A stretch of 20,000 bases of DNA from an uncultured virus (IMG/VR IMGVR_UViG_3300018421_000009) (IMGVR_UViG_3300018421_000009); one strand, 5' to 3'. Positions 9,009 to 16,646 are shown, numbered from the stretch's first letter. The notes: generated from the letters alone by a model not told the origin. Program-made: numbers and translations.

Positions 9009-9712
9009 TTTTTACTCCATTTATCTCTAAATTTTTTATATGCACCTCGAAATTTACTTTGAAATATCATATTACTGATAAAACTTGCTTCATATTTTTC
9101 TTTATCTTCGTCTTGTACCGAAAAATTCATGTCTGCAAGTTTAATTGGCACATACATTGCTAAAGGTGTACCTTTTTCTATCAAAAATTCACCTTCTTTT
9201 TTAATTAGTAGTTGTTGATTAACCTGATGGCTCCATTCGGTATGTGTTACACCAGGCATACACTCAAAAATTTCATTAAAATCATAAAACATTGGTAATT
9301 GCATCATTGCCCAACCTGGACTTGTGCGTACACGCCAAGGGCAATCTGTTTTTGCAACACATAAAAACTGATTTTTTACATTTTCTGGTAAATGATTTCT
9401 AAATTGCTCACCATAATGTAAACTCATGGTAAAATCTTCATTACTTGAATGCCATGCAAAGTTATCTTTATCAACTTTTATGTGAAAATCACACCACATA
9501 GTAACTACATAGGCATTTTTAAAATAATCTACAAAGCCAGGACAATTTTTTAGTGTACCTTTGTCAGTGTAATTGTCCTCTTGTAAAAATTGAGGCATAT
9601 TTTTAAACCAGTTAGGTAAAAATTTAGTGGCTGGTTGTATTGGTTCTACTTTTGATAACCCCGGAACTACACTCCACCACTCAACTTTACAATTATTTTT
9701 ATTTTGACTCAT
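9005..9712 (-). CDS. Hypothetical protein, possibly a dUTPase-like beta fold
   Basis: 235 aa, overlapping both neighbours. The motifs 'TLKNCPG..DY', 'PWRVRTSPGW' and 'IEKGTPLA..VP' recall a widespread uncharacterised family in aquatic phages. Function unknown. Confidence 0.6.
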   Translation of the reverse strand: MSQNKNNCKVEWWSVVPGLSKVEPIQPATKFLPNWFKNMPQFLQEDNYTDKGTLKNCPGFVDYFKNAYVVTMWCDFHIKVDKDNFAWHSSNEDFTMSLHYGEQFRNHLPENVKNQFLCVAKTDCPWRVRTSPGWAMMQLPMFYDFNEIFECMPGVTHTEWSHQVNQQLLIKKEGEFLIEKGTPLAMYVPIKLADMNFSVQDEDKEKYEASFISNMIFQSKFRGAYKKFRDKWSKK

Positions 9713-10523
9713 GTATCCATTCTTCCGGTCTGATAAAGGAATGATCGATGTGTGATAGAGTATTTTTCATATCAGCACAAGTGTATTCTTGATATTGACC
9801 ACGTAAATTCTCAGGCATAGGAATTTGTACAATTTTTGCATTGTATTTTTTAGCCACTGCTTCAGCAATACTCTTAAAAGAACGTGCTACACCAGTGCCT
9901 ACGTTAAAAATACCACTTTCATCAACCTCTAACATCTTTTCGTGAATTAAGCAAACGTCTTGTACGCTAATGAAGTCACGAAGATAGTTTTCACTGTTTT
10001 CAAAAAGTAAAATTTCGCCTGTTTCTTTGGCTTGTTTTGTAAATTTAGTTACTGGACTGGCTTGATTAGCCTTGTGACCTTCACCGTGACCGTAAACATT
10101 AAAATATCTAAATCCCTGGATGCTGATTTTAAAATCGTTTTTAAATTCGTTAATCCATCTATCGATCAAATACTTGCTCCAAGCATACGGACTCTGAGGG
10201 AAACATTTTGAATCCTCACAAAATCCGTCATAACCAGGACCGTATACACTTGCTGAACTAGCATATTGTATGCTGGTACCCATCATATCACAGATTTCAA
10301 TTAGTTTCATTGTAAATTCATAGTTTTGCTTTAATACTTTTTCTACATCATGTTCAGTAGTACTTGAAATAGCACCTAAATGGATAACACGATCGTATAA
10401 TGAAGCATCCGGGTACTTGTTTTCTTGCCATTCCCAACCTTCTACATCGTGCCCTTTATACTTTAGGTATGAAGCAAGATTACTTCCAATAAAACCTTTG
10501 TTTCCTGTTACTAAAATTTTCAT
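9699..10523 (-). CDS. hldD: ADP-L-glycero-D-manno-heptose 6-epimerase
   Basis: Extended SDR motifs TGNKGFIG, HLGAISSTTE, YASSASVYG and YAWSK. FRYFNVYG.GEGHK retains the HldD-specific second catalytic Lys, and 'FENSENYLRDFI' and 'YQEYTCAD' also match. Confidence 0.92.
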   Translation of the reverse strand: MKILVTGNKGFIGSNLASYLKYKGHDVEGWEWQENKYPDASLYDRVIHLGAISSTTEHDVEKVLKQNYEFTMKLIEICDMMGTSIQYASSASVYGPGYDGFCEDSKCFPQSPYAWSKYLIDRWINEFKNDFKISIQGFRYFNVYGHGEGHKANQASPVTKFTKQAKETGEILLFENSENYLRDFISVQDVCLIHEKMLEVDESGIFNVGTGVARSFKSIAEAVAKKYNAKIVQIPMPENLRGQYQEYTCADMKNTLSHIDHSFIRPEEWIHESK

Positions 10524-11770
10524 TCTTTTATTTTCTCTATAATGCTTGTTGTCGAACTACCTTCAACTGTTGGAAAAATTTCAACAGGATACAGTTCATG
10601 ACCGACAACTGTTTCAATTGTATAATCTCCGCCTTTAATAATCAAGTCCGGATTTACTCGTTTTAGTGTTTCGAGTGGCGTGTCTTCGTCAAATATAATA
10701 ACTTCATCAACCCATGGTAACAACTCGAGGTTGATTTTACGTTGCAGTTGATTATTAATAGGACGGTTTTCACCTTTTAGTCGTTTTGTACTGTTATCAC
10801 TGTTAATACCAACAATTAATTTTTTACCTTTTGACTTGGCAAATTTTAATAGTTGAAAATGTCCTTCATGTAATAGGTCAAATACTCCATTAGTCCAAAC
10901 AACTTTAGGTTTCAAATCATCTTTTGTTATTACTGCAACACCTCTATGTTCAACAGTGCGTGCCGCGGCATAGCAAGCCATTTGACAACTATCAAAAATT
11001 GACATTCCTTGCTCTAACCCATAAGCAATAACAGCAAGAACAGTATCACCTGCACCGGTAACATCTGCAACTTCGTGTACAGGTTCTTGAAAATGTTTAT
11101 ATTTTAAATCATCAGCCAAAACATGAATACCTCGAGGACCATCTGTTACTACAAAGTACTTCCACCCGTATTCTTTCATTTTTAAAAGTGCAGTTTCTTT
11201 TTTAAATTCGCCAAACCAATCCTTATACTCTTTCATGTTAGGTTTAACAAGATATGCACCTTTATAAAACTCGGGTGTTTGTTTGGGATCAACTAAAACT
11301 TTCTCAGTTTTTCTTAAAATATTACTAATTGTGTCTTTTTGAATAGTTCCTTTATTGTAATCACTAACACAAACAATATCACTGCTAGTTAATGAACTGT
11401 TAAGTTTTTCAAAAGCACCAAATCCGTTATATTTTTCTTCTCTGTCCCATCTTAAAATATGCTGTCCACCCTGACCAACTAGTCTTGTTTTTGTTGTAGT
11501 TGGATAATTTTCTACTGATGTGTTAACTTCTAAATTAGTATCTTTTAAAAGTTCTAAAATTTTGTATCCTTCTTTGTCAGCACCAATAAAACCATATAAG
11601 CCTACTTCTCCGTTTATAGAAGAAATGTTTAATGCTAGATTTCCAGCACCACCGATACTGTATTTTTGTTCTGTTTCTCGTAAAACTGGAATAGGGGCTT
11701 CAGGACTTACTCTATCTGCTACTCCGTGAATCCAGCGATCTAACATAATATCGCCAAAAACTTTAATCAT
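10520..11770 (-). CDS. hldE: Bifunctional heptose-7-phosphate kinase / heptose-1-phosphate adenylyltransferase
   Basis: PfkB-type domain with GDIMLD, RVSPEAPIPV, GGAGN, SDYNKG, VDPK, KPN and DVTGAGDT. It is fused to a nucleotidyltransferase domain with TNGVFDLLHEGH, GINSD.S.KRLKG..RP, KGGDY and STT. Confidence 0.95.
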   Translation of the reverse strand: MIKVFGDIMLDRWIHGVADRVSPEAPIPVLRETEQKYSIGGAGNLALNISSINGEVGLYGFIGADKEGYKILELLKDTNLEVNTSVENYPTTTKTRLVGQGGQHILRWDREEKYNGFGAFEKLNSSLTSSDIVCVSDYNKGTIQKDTISNILRKTEKVLVDPKQTPEFYKGAYLVKPNMKEYKDWFGEFKKETALLKMKEYGWKYFVVTDGPRGIHVLADDLKYKHFQEPVHEVADVTGAGDTVLAVIAYGLEQGMSIFDSCQMACYAAARTVEHRGVAVITKDDLKPKVVWTNGVFDLLHEGHFQLLKFAKSKGKKLIVGINSDNSTKRLKGENRPINNQLQRKINLELLPWVDEVIIFDEDTPLETLKRVNPDLIIKGGDYTIETVVGHELYPVEIFPTVEGSSTTSIIEKIKE

Positions 11771-11771
11771 A

Positions 11772-12212
11772 TTAATTCTCTAACAAATCAATTAAATCAA
11801 AGACTGTTTTTAATTTGGTTTGGTTTGTTTTGTTTTGAAGGGTATTGCGTAATCCTTGATGCAATGGTTTAGGCCATTTATTAAATGATGCCCAAGCATA
11901 ACCGTCGTGTTCTTTATTTAGACTAGGAAGAAACTCTTGTTTAACAACCACCAAATAGGTATGAAAGTTAAACTGCTCATCTGTGCTTACAAAAGTTTCT
12001 AAAGGTATTGTTTTAAGGATTTTTGGAGTATCACCAACTTCTTCTTTGATTTCTCTTTTAAGAGCAACAATAGGAGTTTCGTCAGCCGTACCAGTACCGC
12101 CTACAAGGCCCCAAACATTATTTTGTTTGCTTTGAGTCCTGTGTAAGAATAAGAATCTTTTGGTATCTAGTGCATAAAATAATGCACCACTGCACGAAAT
12201 CTTCTGGCTCAT
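11772..12212 (-). CDS. NUDIX hydrolase
   Basis: Complete Nudix box G-TGTAD-E-TPIVALK-REIKEEVG, plus 'LNKEHDGYAW' and 'PLHQG'. Confidence 0.92.
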   Translation of the reverse strand: MSQKISCSGALFYALDTKRFLFLHRTQSKQNNVWGLVGGTGTADETPIVALKREIKEEVGDTPKILKTIPLETFVSTDEQFNFHTYLVVVKQEFLPSLNKEHDGYAWASFNKWPKPLHQGLRNTLQNKTNQTKLKTVFDLIDLLEN

Positions 12213-12224
12213 ACTAATAATTAG

Positions 12225-13655
12225 TTAGAATTCTATGCGCCAAGTTCCGTTTCGATATTCGCCTTCAAAAGAAAGTACCCATTCACTGCCAGTCCATTTA
12301 TACTGAACTCCGGTGTTTAGATTAGTAGTGTATTTGATTGTGGTTTCTGTACTTGCATCAAACAAGATAACCCATTTTGCACCATCCCATTCAATAATGT
12401 CATTTTCACTTGCAATAAAGTCTGTATTGTCATTGTTTTTCCAAGCAGTAGGACCACTAGCATTACTAGGATCACCAATACTATCTAACAATAATATTCT
12501 TATTCCTGCTTGTTTAACACTTGCTGGGTTCCATGTTTTAGGATCAATAATATAATCAATTTTATTTCTATCACCTGTGCTACCTGTAATAACAGTGTCG
12601 CTTGGAATAGTATCTTGGTCCCAAGTAATTGCAAGTTTAGTAGGATCATTTGGATTAATAGCAACAGCGCCATTAATACTACTTGATAAATCTGATCTAG
12701 TTAATTGTAGTTGACTTAACCCTGGTCTAAATTGTCCAGGCATCGAGTCAATAAATTGTGACCATAGTGTGGAACCTACAACACCTCTGTAAATTAACTG
12801 TGCCTCATTTCCTAATACTAATAGTTCGTAATCTTGGTAAGCACTAATAGCAATACTTGAAGCATCTTTCTTAGTAGATTCGGTTCTATTATCAGAAAGT
12901 GTATCTGCTTGTGTGACCTGCTCATCATAACTATCAGCGTAGCGTTTGTATTCAGGTGTTGCCTCGCCTAGATCAATAGTACCGTCTTCTTCGTTAAAAA
13001 TACTCATAATAACACTTGTAATGACACCTAACTTTTTAACCTTAGCAGGAGGAGAAATCCAAATGGGTGTTTTAAATGTTAGTGTGCCTACGTCAATTTC
13101 ACTTTCTGTACCCATCGGAATACTTCTGCCACTCCAATTAACACTTTCTAAATCTACAACACTTAAACTAGTCCAGTCAACATAGTTGTCTGTAGTTTGT
13201 ATTTCCAAACTTGGATTAAACAGCATTAAAATTTGTTCCATAATTTGTAATTTTTGATCTGTATTAGTTGACCAAATATCACAATTAACTGTTAATATGT
13301 AAGGTGTTGGCATTAGTCTTTCAACAGTAACATTTTTACCTTGTGTGTTTAAATATTCTTGATTATTAGAGTCATATTCTCTTTCTCTAATATGAACTTT
13401 ACTAACGTGTGTAGCATCTGCTAAACGATCTCTGTCTAATTCTAAACCAGTCATATAGATTGCCATACGTGGCGCACTTGGAACTTTGTTCTCAGAATTA
13501 TCTCTAAGAATATGACCAACTTGACGGGTGATATCTCCATACATTACAGGAACTTGTTTTAAATCACCGTCGCCGTCTTTATAAGAAAAATTACTCATCA
13601 TTCTAATTAACTGAGTAATATATCTTCTTATCTGACCGTCATAAAAGTGTTGCAT
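12225..13655 (-). CDS. T4 gp15-like tail terminator / sheath stabiliser with C-terminal extension
   Basis: Motifs 'HFYDGQIRRY', 'VPVMYG', 'PRMA....LELD..R', 'PTPY.L....IW....DQKLQIMEQIL..FNP' and 'LTF....WI.PP'. It follows the gp14-like gene with a TAATG overlap. Confidence 0.82.
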   Translation of the reverse strand: MQHFYDGQIRRYITQLIRMMSNFSYKDGDGDLKQVPVMYGDITRQVGHILRDNSENKVPSAPRMAIYMTGLELDRDRLADATHVSKVHIREREYDSNNQEYLNTQGKNVTVERLMPTPYILTVNCDIWSTNTDQKLQIMEQILMLFNPSLEIQTTDNYVDWTSLSVVDLESVNWSGRSIPMGTESEIDVGTLTFKTPIWISPPAKVKKLGVITSVIMSIFNEEDGTIDLGEATPEYKRYADSYDEQVTQADTLSDNRTESTKKDASSIAISAYQDYELLVLGNEAQLIYRGVVGSTLWSQFIDSMPGQFRPGLSQLQLTRSDLSSSINGAVAINPNDPTKLAITWDQDTIPSDTVITGSTGDRNKIDYIIDPKTWNPASVKQAGIRILLLDSIGDPSNASGPTAWKNNDNTDFIASENDIIEWDGAKWVILFDASTETTIKYTTNLNTGVQYKWTGSEWVLSFEGEYRNGTWRIEF

Positions 13656-14818
13656 TAGTTATCCGCCTTAGGTCTAAGTACTTTAGACAAACTCTGTCTT
13701 TCTTCAACAGTTTCTCCACCAATAGTGGTTGATTTTGTATTGTTAACAAAATCTGTTTTATAAGTTTTGCGATCGTTTGTTTGAGTCATTGTCATTCTTA
13801 CGTTATCTTCTTGTTTAACCCAACGCTGTCCGTCATATCTAAATAGTCTGTTTGGCATAAAATCTGTTCTCAAATAAAAGTCGCCTACTGTACTTGCTAA
13901 TGGGAAAGAACTGCCAAATCCAAACTGTTCACCATTAGGCGGAATACCATCACCAATTAAGTAACCTTGGTATCCAGTTGCCTCTGGAGTTTGATTAACT
14001 CTACTAGCATCTAGGTTTCCACTAGCAATACTAGCATCAATAAGTGTTTCGTCAGCACCGACAAGTTCTGGATTGCCCTGTGCATCAACTTGAAGTGTAT
14101 AAAAACTAGTTGTATCATAACCTGATTTTGCCGCATCTGATTCTGCTTGTTGTATAACTGCATTATTAATCTGCATTTCTTTTTCGTAGGTAGAAAGGAC
14201 ATCACGTAATGTATTTGTACTTCCTTCTTCTGCAGGTAAATCAAGTATGTCTTTAAATTCTTGAGAGTCTACTATTTGTTTTAGTTTTACTCTATATAAA
14301 TGTGGATACCAAGTTTGTGTAAATCCTTCTGCGGCTCTGTTTACATCTTCTACAACGTAAAAACGTTTTAATGCTACTTGATAATCATTAAGTGCATTTT
14401 CGTCTTTTAAATGTGGAAGTTCAAAAACATCACCTGGCATTACTTTTCTGCCTAATGTTTTTACACTATAATTAATAGGAATAGTCATAAACAATGTATC
14501 ATTGGTTAAAAATAAACCAAATTGACTCATATCAAAGTCAACATCTTGTACATTATAAATTCCACGTATTGTATAAATGTCCGGATCGTACTTACGATCT
14601 CTATTCTCCATAAACAACATATCCTGTATGTTAGTTTCTTTTACAGCGTCATAATGAGGCTGTGTAGGAGTAGCATCCTCTTCGTCGGGATTTTTAGGCC
14701 CTAAATACTTGTGGACAAATACATCAGTTCCGCCAACAGTAAACATCTCGGTGATGGTTTTGTCGAGGAAATCGTAATCTTTGCCCTTTTCCGGTTTATA
14801 TAAACTTATTCTTGGCAT
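13655..14818 (-). CDS. T4 gp14-like neck (head completion) protein
   Basis: Motifs 'G.DV..HKY', 'D.LF.E...RKY', 'MSQFGLF..ND' and 'PGDVFELP', and position between the gp13-like and gp15-like genes. The start is moved to ATG 14818 (MPRISLY) because a late promoter lies at 14827-14834. Confidence 0.68.
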   Translation of the reverse strand: MPRISLYKPEKGKDYDFLDKTITEMFTVGGTDVFVHKYLGPKNPDEEDATPTQPHYDAVKETNIQDMLFMENRDRKYDPDIYTIRGIYNVQDVDFDMSQFGLFLTNDTLFMTIPINYSVKTLGRKVMPGDVFELPHLKDENALNDYQVALKRFYVVEDVNRAAEGFTQTWYPHLYRVKLKQIVDSQEFKDILDLPAEEGSTNTLRDVLSTYEKEMQINNAVIQQAESDAAKSGYDTTSFYTLQVDAQGNPELVGADETLIDASIASGNLDASRVNQTPEATGYQGYLIGDGIPPNGEQFGFGSSFPLASTVGDFYLRTDFMPNRLFRYDGQRWVKQEDNVRMTMTQTNDRKTYKTDFVNNTKSTTIGGETVEERQSLSKVLRPKADN

Positions 14819-14826
14819 AACAATAG

Positions 14827-14834
14827 TATTTATC
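14827..14834 (-). promoter_or_regulatory. Late promoter GATAAATA for the leftward neck/heptose operon
   Basis: TATTTATC on the + strand, 8 nt upstream of ATG 14818. Confidence 0.78.
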
Positions 14835-14839
14835 GTTAG

Positions 14840-14847
14840 CATAAATA
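14840..14847 (+). promoter_or_regulatory. Late promoter CATAAATA for the gp13-like gene
   Basis: Upstream of GGAG (14853-14856) and ATG 14870, back-to-back with the leftward copy. Confidence 0.78.
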
Positions 14848-14869
14848 CAAGTGGAGACCGAAAAGAATT

Positions 14870-15628
14870 ATGGCAACTTTACAAACACAAAAACAAGAGA
14901 TTTTCGACTATGTAGAAGCAATGCTTGGCGGAGGCATGGTTGATGTTGAATTAGATCCTAAACATTACGAAATTGCACTTCAAGCGTCGTTGGACAAGTT
15001 CCGTCAAAGAAGTGATAATTCTGTTGAAGAGTCATATTCATTCTTAACTACAGTAGTTGATCAAAACGATTACACACTTGATCGTAACATTGTAGAAGTT
15101 CGTACAATTTTCCGTAGATCAATAGGGTCAAGAACAGGTGGCGGCGATGGCGGAACATTATTTGAGCCATTCAACTTAGCCTACACAAATACATATTTGT
15201 TATCTAGTTCAAATATGGGCGGTCTTGCTACATACAACTTGTTCGCAAGTTACCAAGAACTGGTAGGACGTATGTTTGGTAGTTTTATTGAATTTAATTG
15301 GAATACTACTACTAAAAAATTAACACTTTTACAACGTCCACGAGCAGAAGAAGAACTATTACTTTACTGCTACAATCATCGTCCTGATTCAGAATTATTT
15401 GCAGACTATCTTGCAAAACAATGGATTAAGGATTATACACTAGCCAAATCAAAATTCATGCTAGGTGAAGCACGTTCAAAATTTGCTACTATTGCTGGCC
15501 CACAAGGCGGTAGCACACTTAATGGTGATGCTCTTAAAGCAGAAGCACAAGCAGAAATGGAAAAACTTGAAGAAGATCTTAAAATGAACGTTGCAGGTGG
15601 TGTTGGATACGGCTTTACAATTGGTTAA
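14870..15628 (+). CDS. T4 gp13-like neck protein (head-tail adaptor)
   Basis: N-terminal 'LGGGMVDVEL' and C-terminal 'WIKDYTLA..K..LG..RSKF....GPQGG.TLNG..L..EA..E...LE..L', both characteristic of gp13-family proteins. Confidence 0.85.
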   Translation: MATLQTQKQEIFDYVEAMLGGGMVDVELDPKHYEIALQASLDKFRQRSDNSVEESYSFLTTVVDQNDYTLDRNIVEVRTIFRRSIGSRTGGGDGGTLFEPFNLAYTNTYLLSSSNMGGLATYNLFASYQELVGRMFGSFIEFNWNTTTKKLTLLQRPRAEEELLLYCYNHRPDSELFADYLAKQWIKDYTLAKSKFMLGEARSKFATIAGPQGGSTLNGDALKAEAQAEMEKLEEDLKMNVAGGVGYGFTIG

Positions 15629-15635
15629 AAACCAT

Positions 15636-15664
15636 TTGACAAACTCCTAACTTTATCATATACT
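15636..15664 (+). promoter_or_regulatory. Sigma70-type early promoter TTGACA-N17-TATACT
   Basis: Perfect -35 at 15636-15641, a 17-bp spacer, -10 TATACT at 15659-15664, SD AGGAG at 15679-15683 and ATG at 15690. Confidence 0.88.
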
Positions 15665-15689
15665 ATATACTTCTACTTAGGAGATATAG

Positions 15690-16301
15690 ATGATCATTGG
15701 TATTTGTGGTTTAATCGGTTCTGGTAAAGATACTGTAGCACAGCATTTAATTAACAACCATAATTTTGTTAAAATATCTTTTGCAGACAAATTAAAAGAC
15801 GCTGTTAGTGTTATGTTTAGTTGGGATAGAGAACTACTAGACGGCAAAACAGACGAGTCAAGAGAATGGCGTGAGCAAGAAGATCCTTTTTGGACAGCAG
15901 AAACCGGACGCAGTATCACTCCAAGACTAGTACTACAAGAGTTTGGTACAGAATGTATGCGTGAAGGATTCTATGACGGTATTTGGGTCAGTCTAACCAA
16001 GCAACATATTCTTAATAATCCTGATACAAACTTTGTTATACCAGATGTACGTTTTCCTAACGAAGCAAAAATGCTTTACGAAATTGAGGGCGAAGTTTGG
16101 CGAGTAAAACGAGGCCAAGATCCTATGTGGTTTAGAATATATCAAGATGTAGGTGTTGAGCCTAAAGATGTACACCCTTCAGAATGGGCATGGGCACATA
16201 CTAAGTTTACTCAAACTATTGAAAATAACGGAACACTAGAACAACTTAGAAGTCAGGTGCAAGATCGCCTTGTTTCCACCGGACGCCTTCTCTCTGCATA
16301 G
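15690..16301 (+). CDS. Deoxynucleoside monophosphate kinase (T4 gp1-like)
   Basis: P-loop GLIGSGKDT, plus SFADKLKD, TPRLVLQEFGTE..R, VIPDVRFPNE, H.SE and IENNGTLEQL. Confidence 0.93.
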   Translation: MIIGICGLIGSGKDTVAQHLINNHNFVKISFADKLKDAVSVMFSWDRELLDGKTDESREWREQEDPFWTAETGRSITPRLVLQEFGTECMREGFYDGIWVSLTKQHILNNPDTNFVIPDVRFPNEAKMLYEIEGEVWRVKRGQDPMWFRIYQDVGVEPKDVHPSEWAWAHTKFTQTIENNGTLEQLRSQVQDRLVSTGRLLSA

Positions 16302-16578
16302 CAATCTGACAGTTTGCACATATAGTTTTAAGATTACTAGGTCGACAGTTTTCTAGGTTACCATCAATGTGGTATACACGTAGTTGTTCTTTATAACTTG
16401 CTTTGAATCCGCATTTTTCACAATTTGTTAACTGACGGTATCCGGACTGGTACCATCTTGGCTTCTTAGGCTCTCCATTTCTTAAGCAGGTATCACATTT
16501 AGTTCTATAGAATGTTTTACCATTCTTCTTGTAATTAACTGCTACAGGACGCTGTCCACAACTACATAAAGGTCTCAT
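16246..16578 (-). CDS. Zn-finger plus degenerate HNH-fold protein
   Basis: N-terminal CSC...CDTC, then CEKC...VYHIDGNLENCRPSNLKTICANCQ, a beta-beta-alpha-Me motif with the last His replaced by Gln. The start is probably ATG 16578 (MRPLC); ATG 16593 is the alternative. Confidence 0.75.
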   Translation of the reverse strand: MRPLCSCGQRPVAVNYKKNGKTFYRTKCDTCLRNGEPKKPRWYQSGYRQLTNCEKCGFKASYKEQLRVYHIDGNLENCRPSNLKTICANCQIAMQREGVRWKQGDLAPDF

Positions 16579-16580
16579 AT

Positions 16581-16603
16581 AGGTATTTATCATACCTTTT
16601 TTT
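16581..16603 (+). terminator. Putative intrinsic terminator
   Basis: Hairpin AGGTAT-ttatc-ATACCT followed directly by TTTTTT. The stem is short and AT-rich. Confidence 0.45.
16584..16591 (-). promoter_or_regulatory. Late promoter GATAAATA for the HNH-like gene
   Basis: TATTTATC on the + strand, 5 nt upstream of ATG 16578. Confidence 0.7.
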
Positions 16604-16646
16604 GCCCTTTTTTGACTATAATAAAGTATAGAAAAACAATCAATGA

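Noticed and set aside
9699..11770. A bacterial chromosomal LPS locus or chimeric assembly as the source of hldE/hldD
   Set aside because: The genes overlap or abut phage-type neighbours without a break and appear to share their AT-rich composition, and no other waa or housekeeping genes are present.
14819..14842. ORF-track start at 14842 for the gp14-like gene (MLTINTIV)
   Set aside because: The extension runs across both late promoter motifs and has no SD, so ATG 14818 fits better.
15618..15638. Small hairpin TGGTT-AAA-AACCA at the gp13-like stop codon
   Set aside because: A 5-bp stem with only three following T residues is too weak to call a terminator.
8735..16175. Small overlapping ORFs (8735, 8951, 11520, 12313, 12946, 14011, 14522, 15677, 15993)
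   Set aside because: They lie wholly or almost wholly within well-supported genes and lack protein-like motifs.
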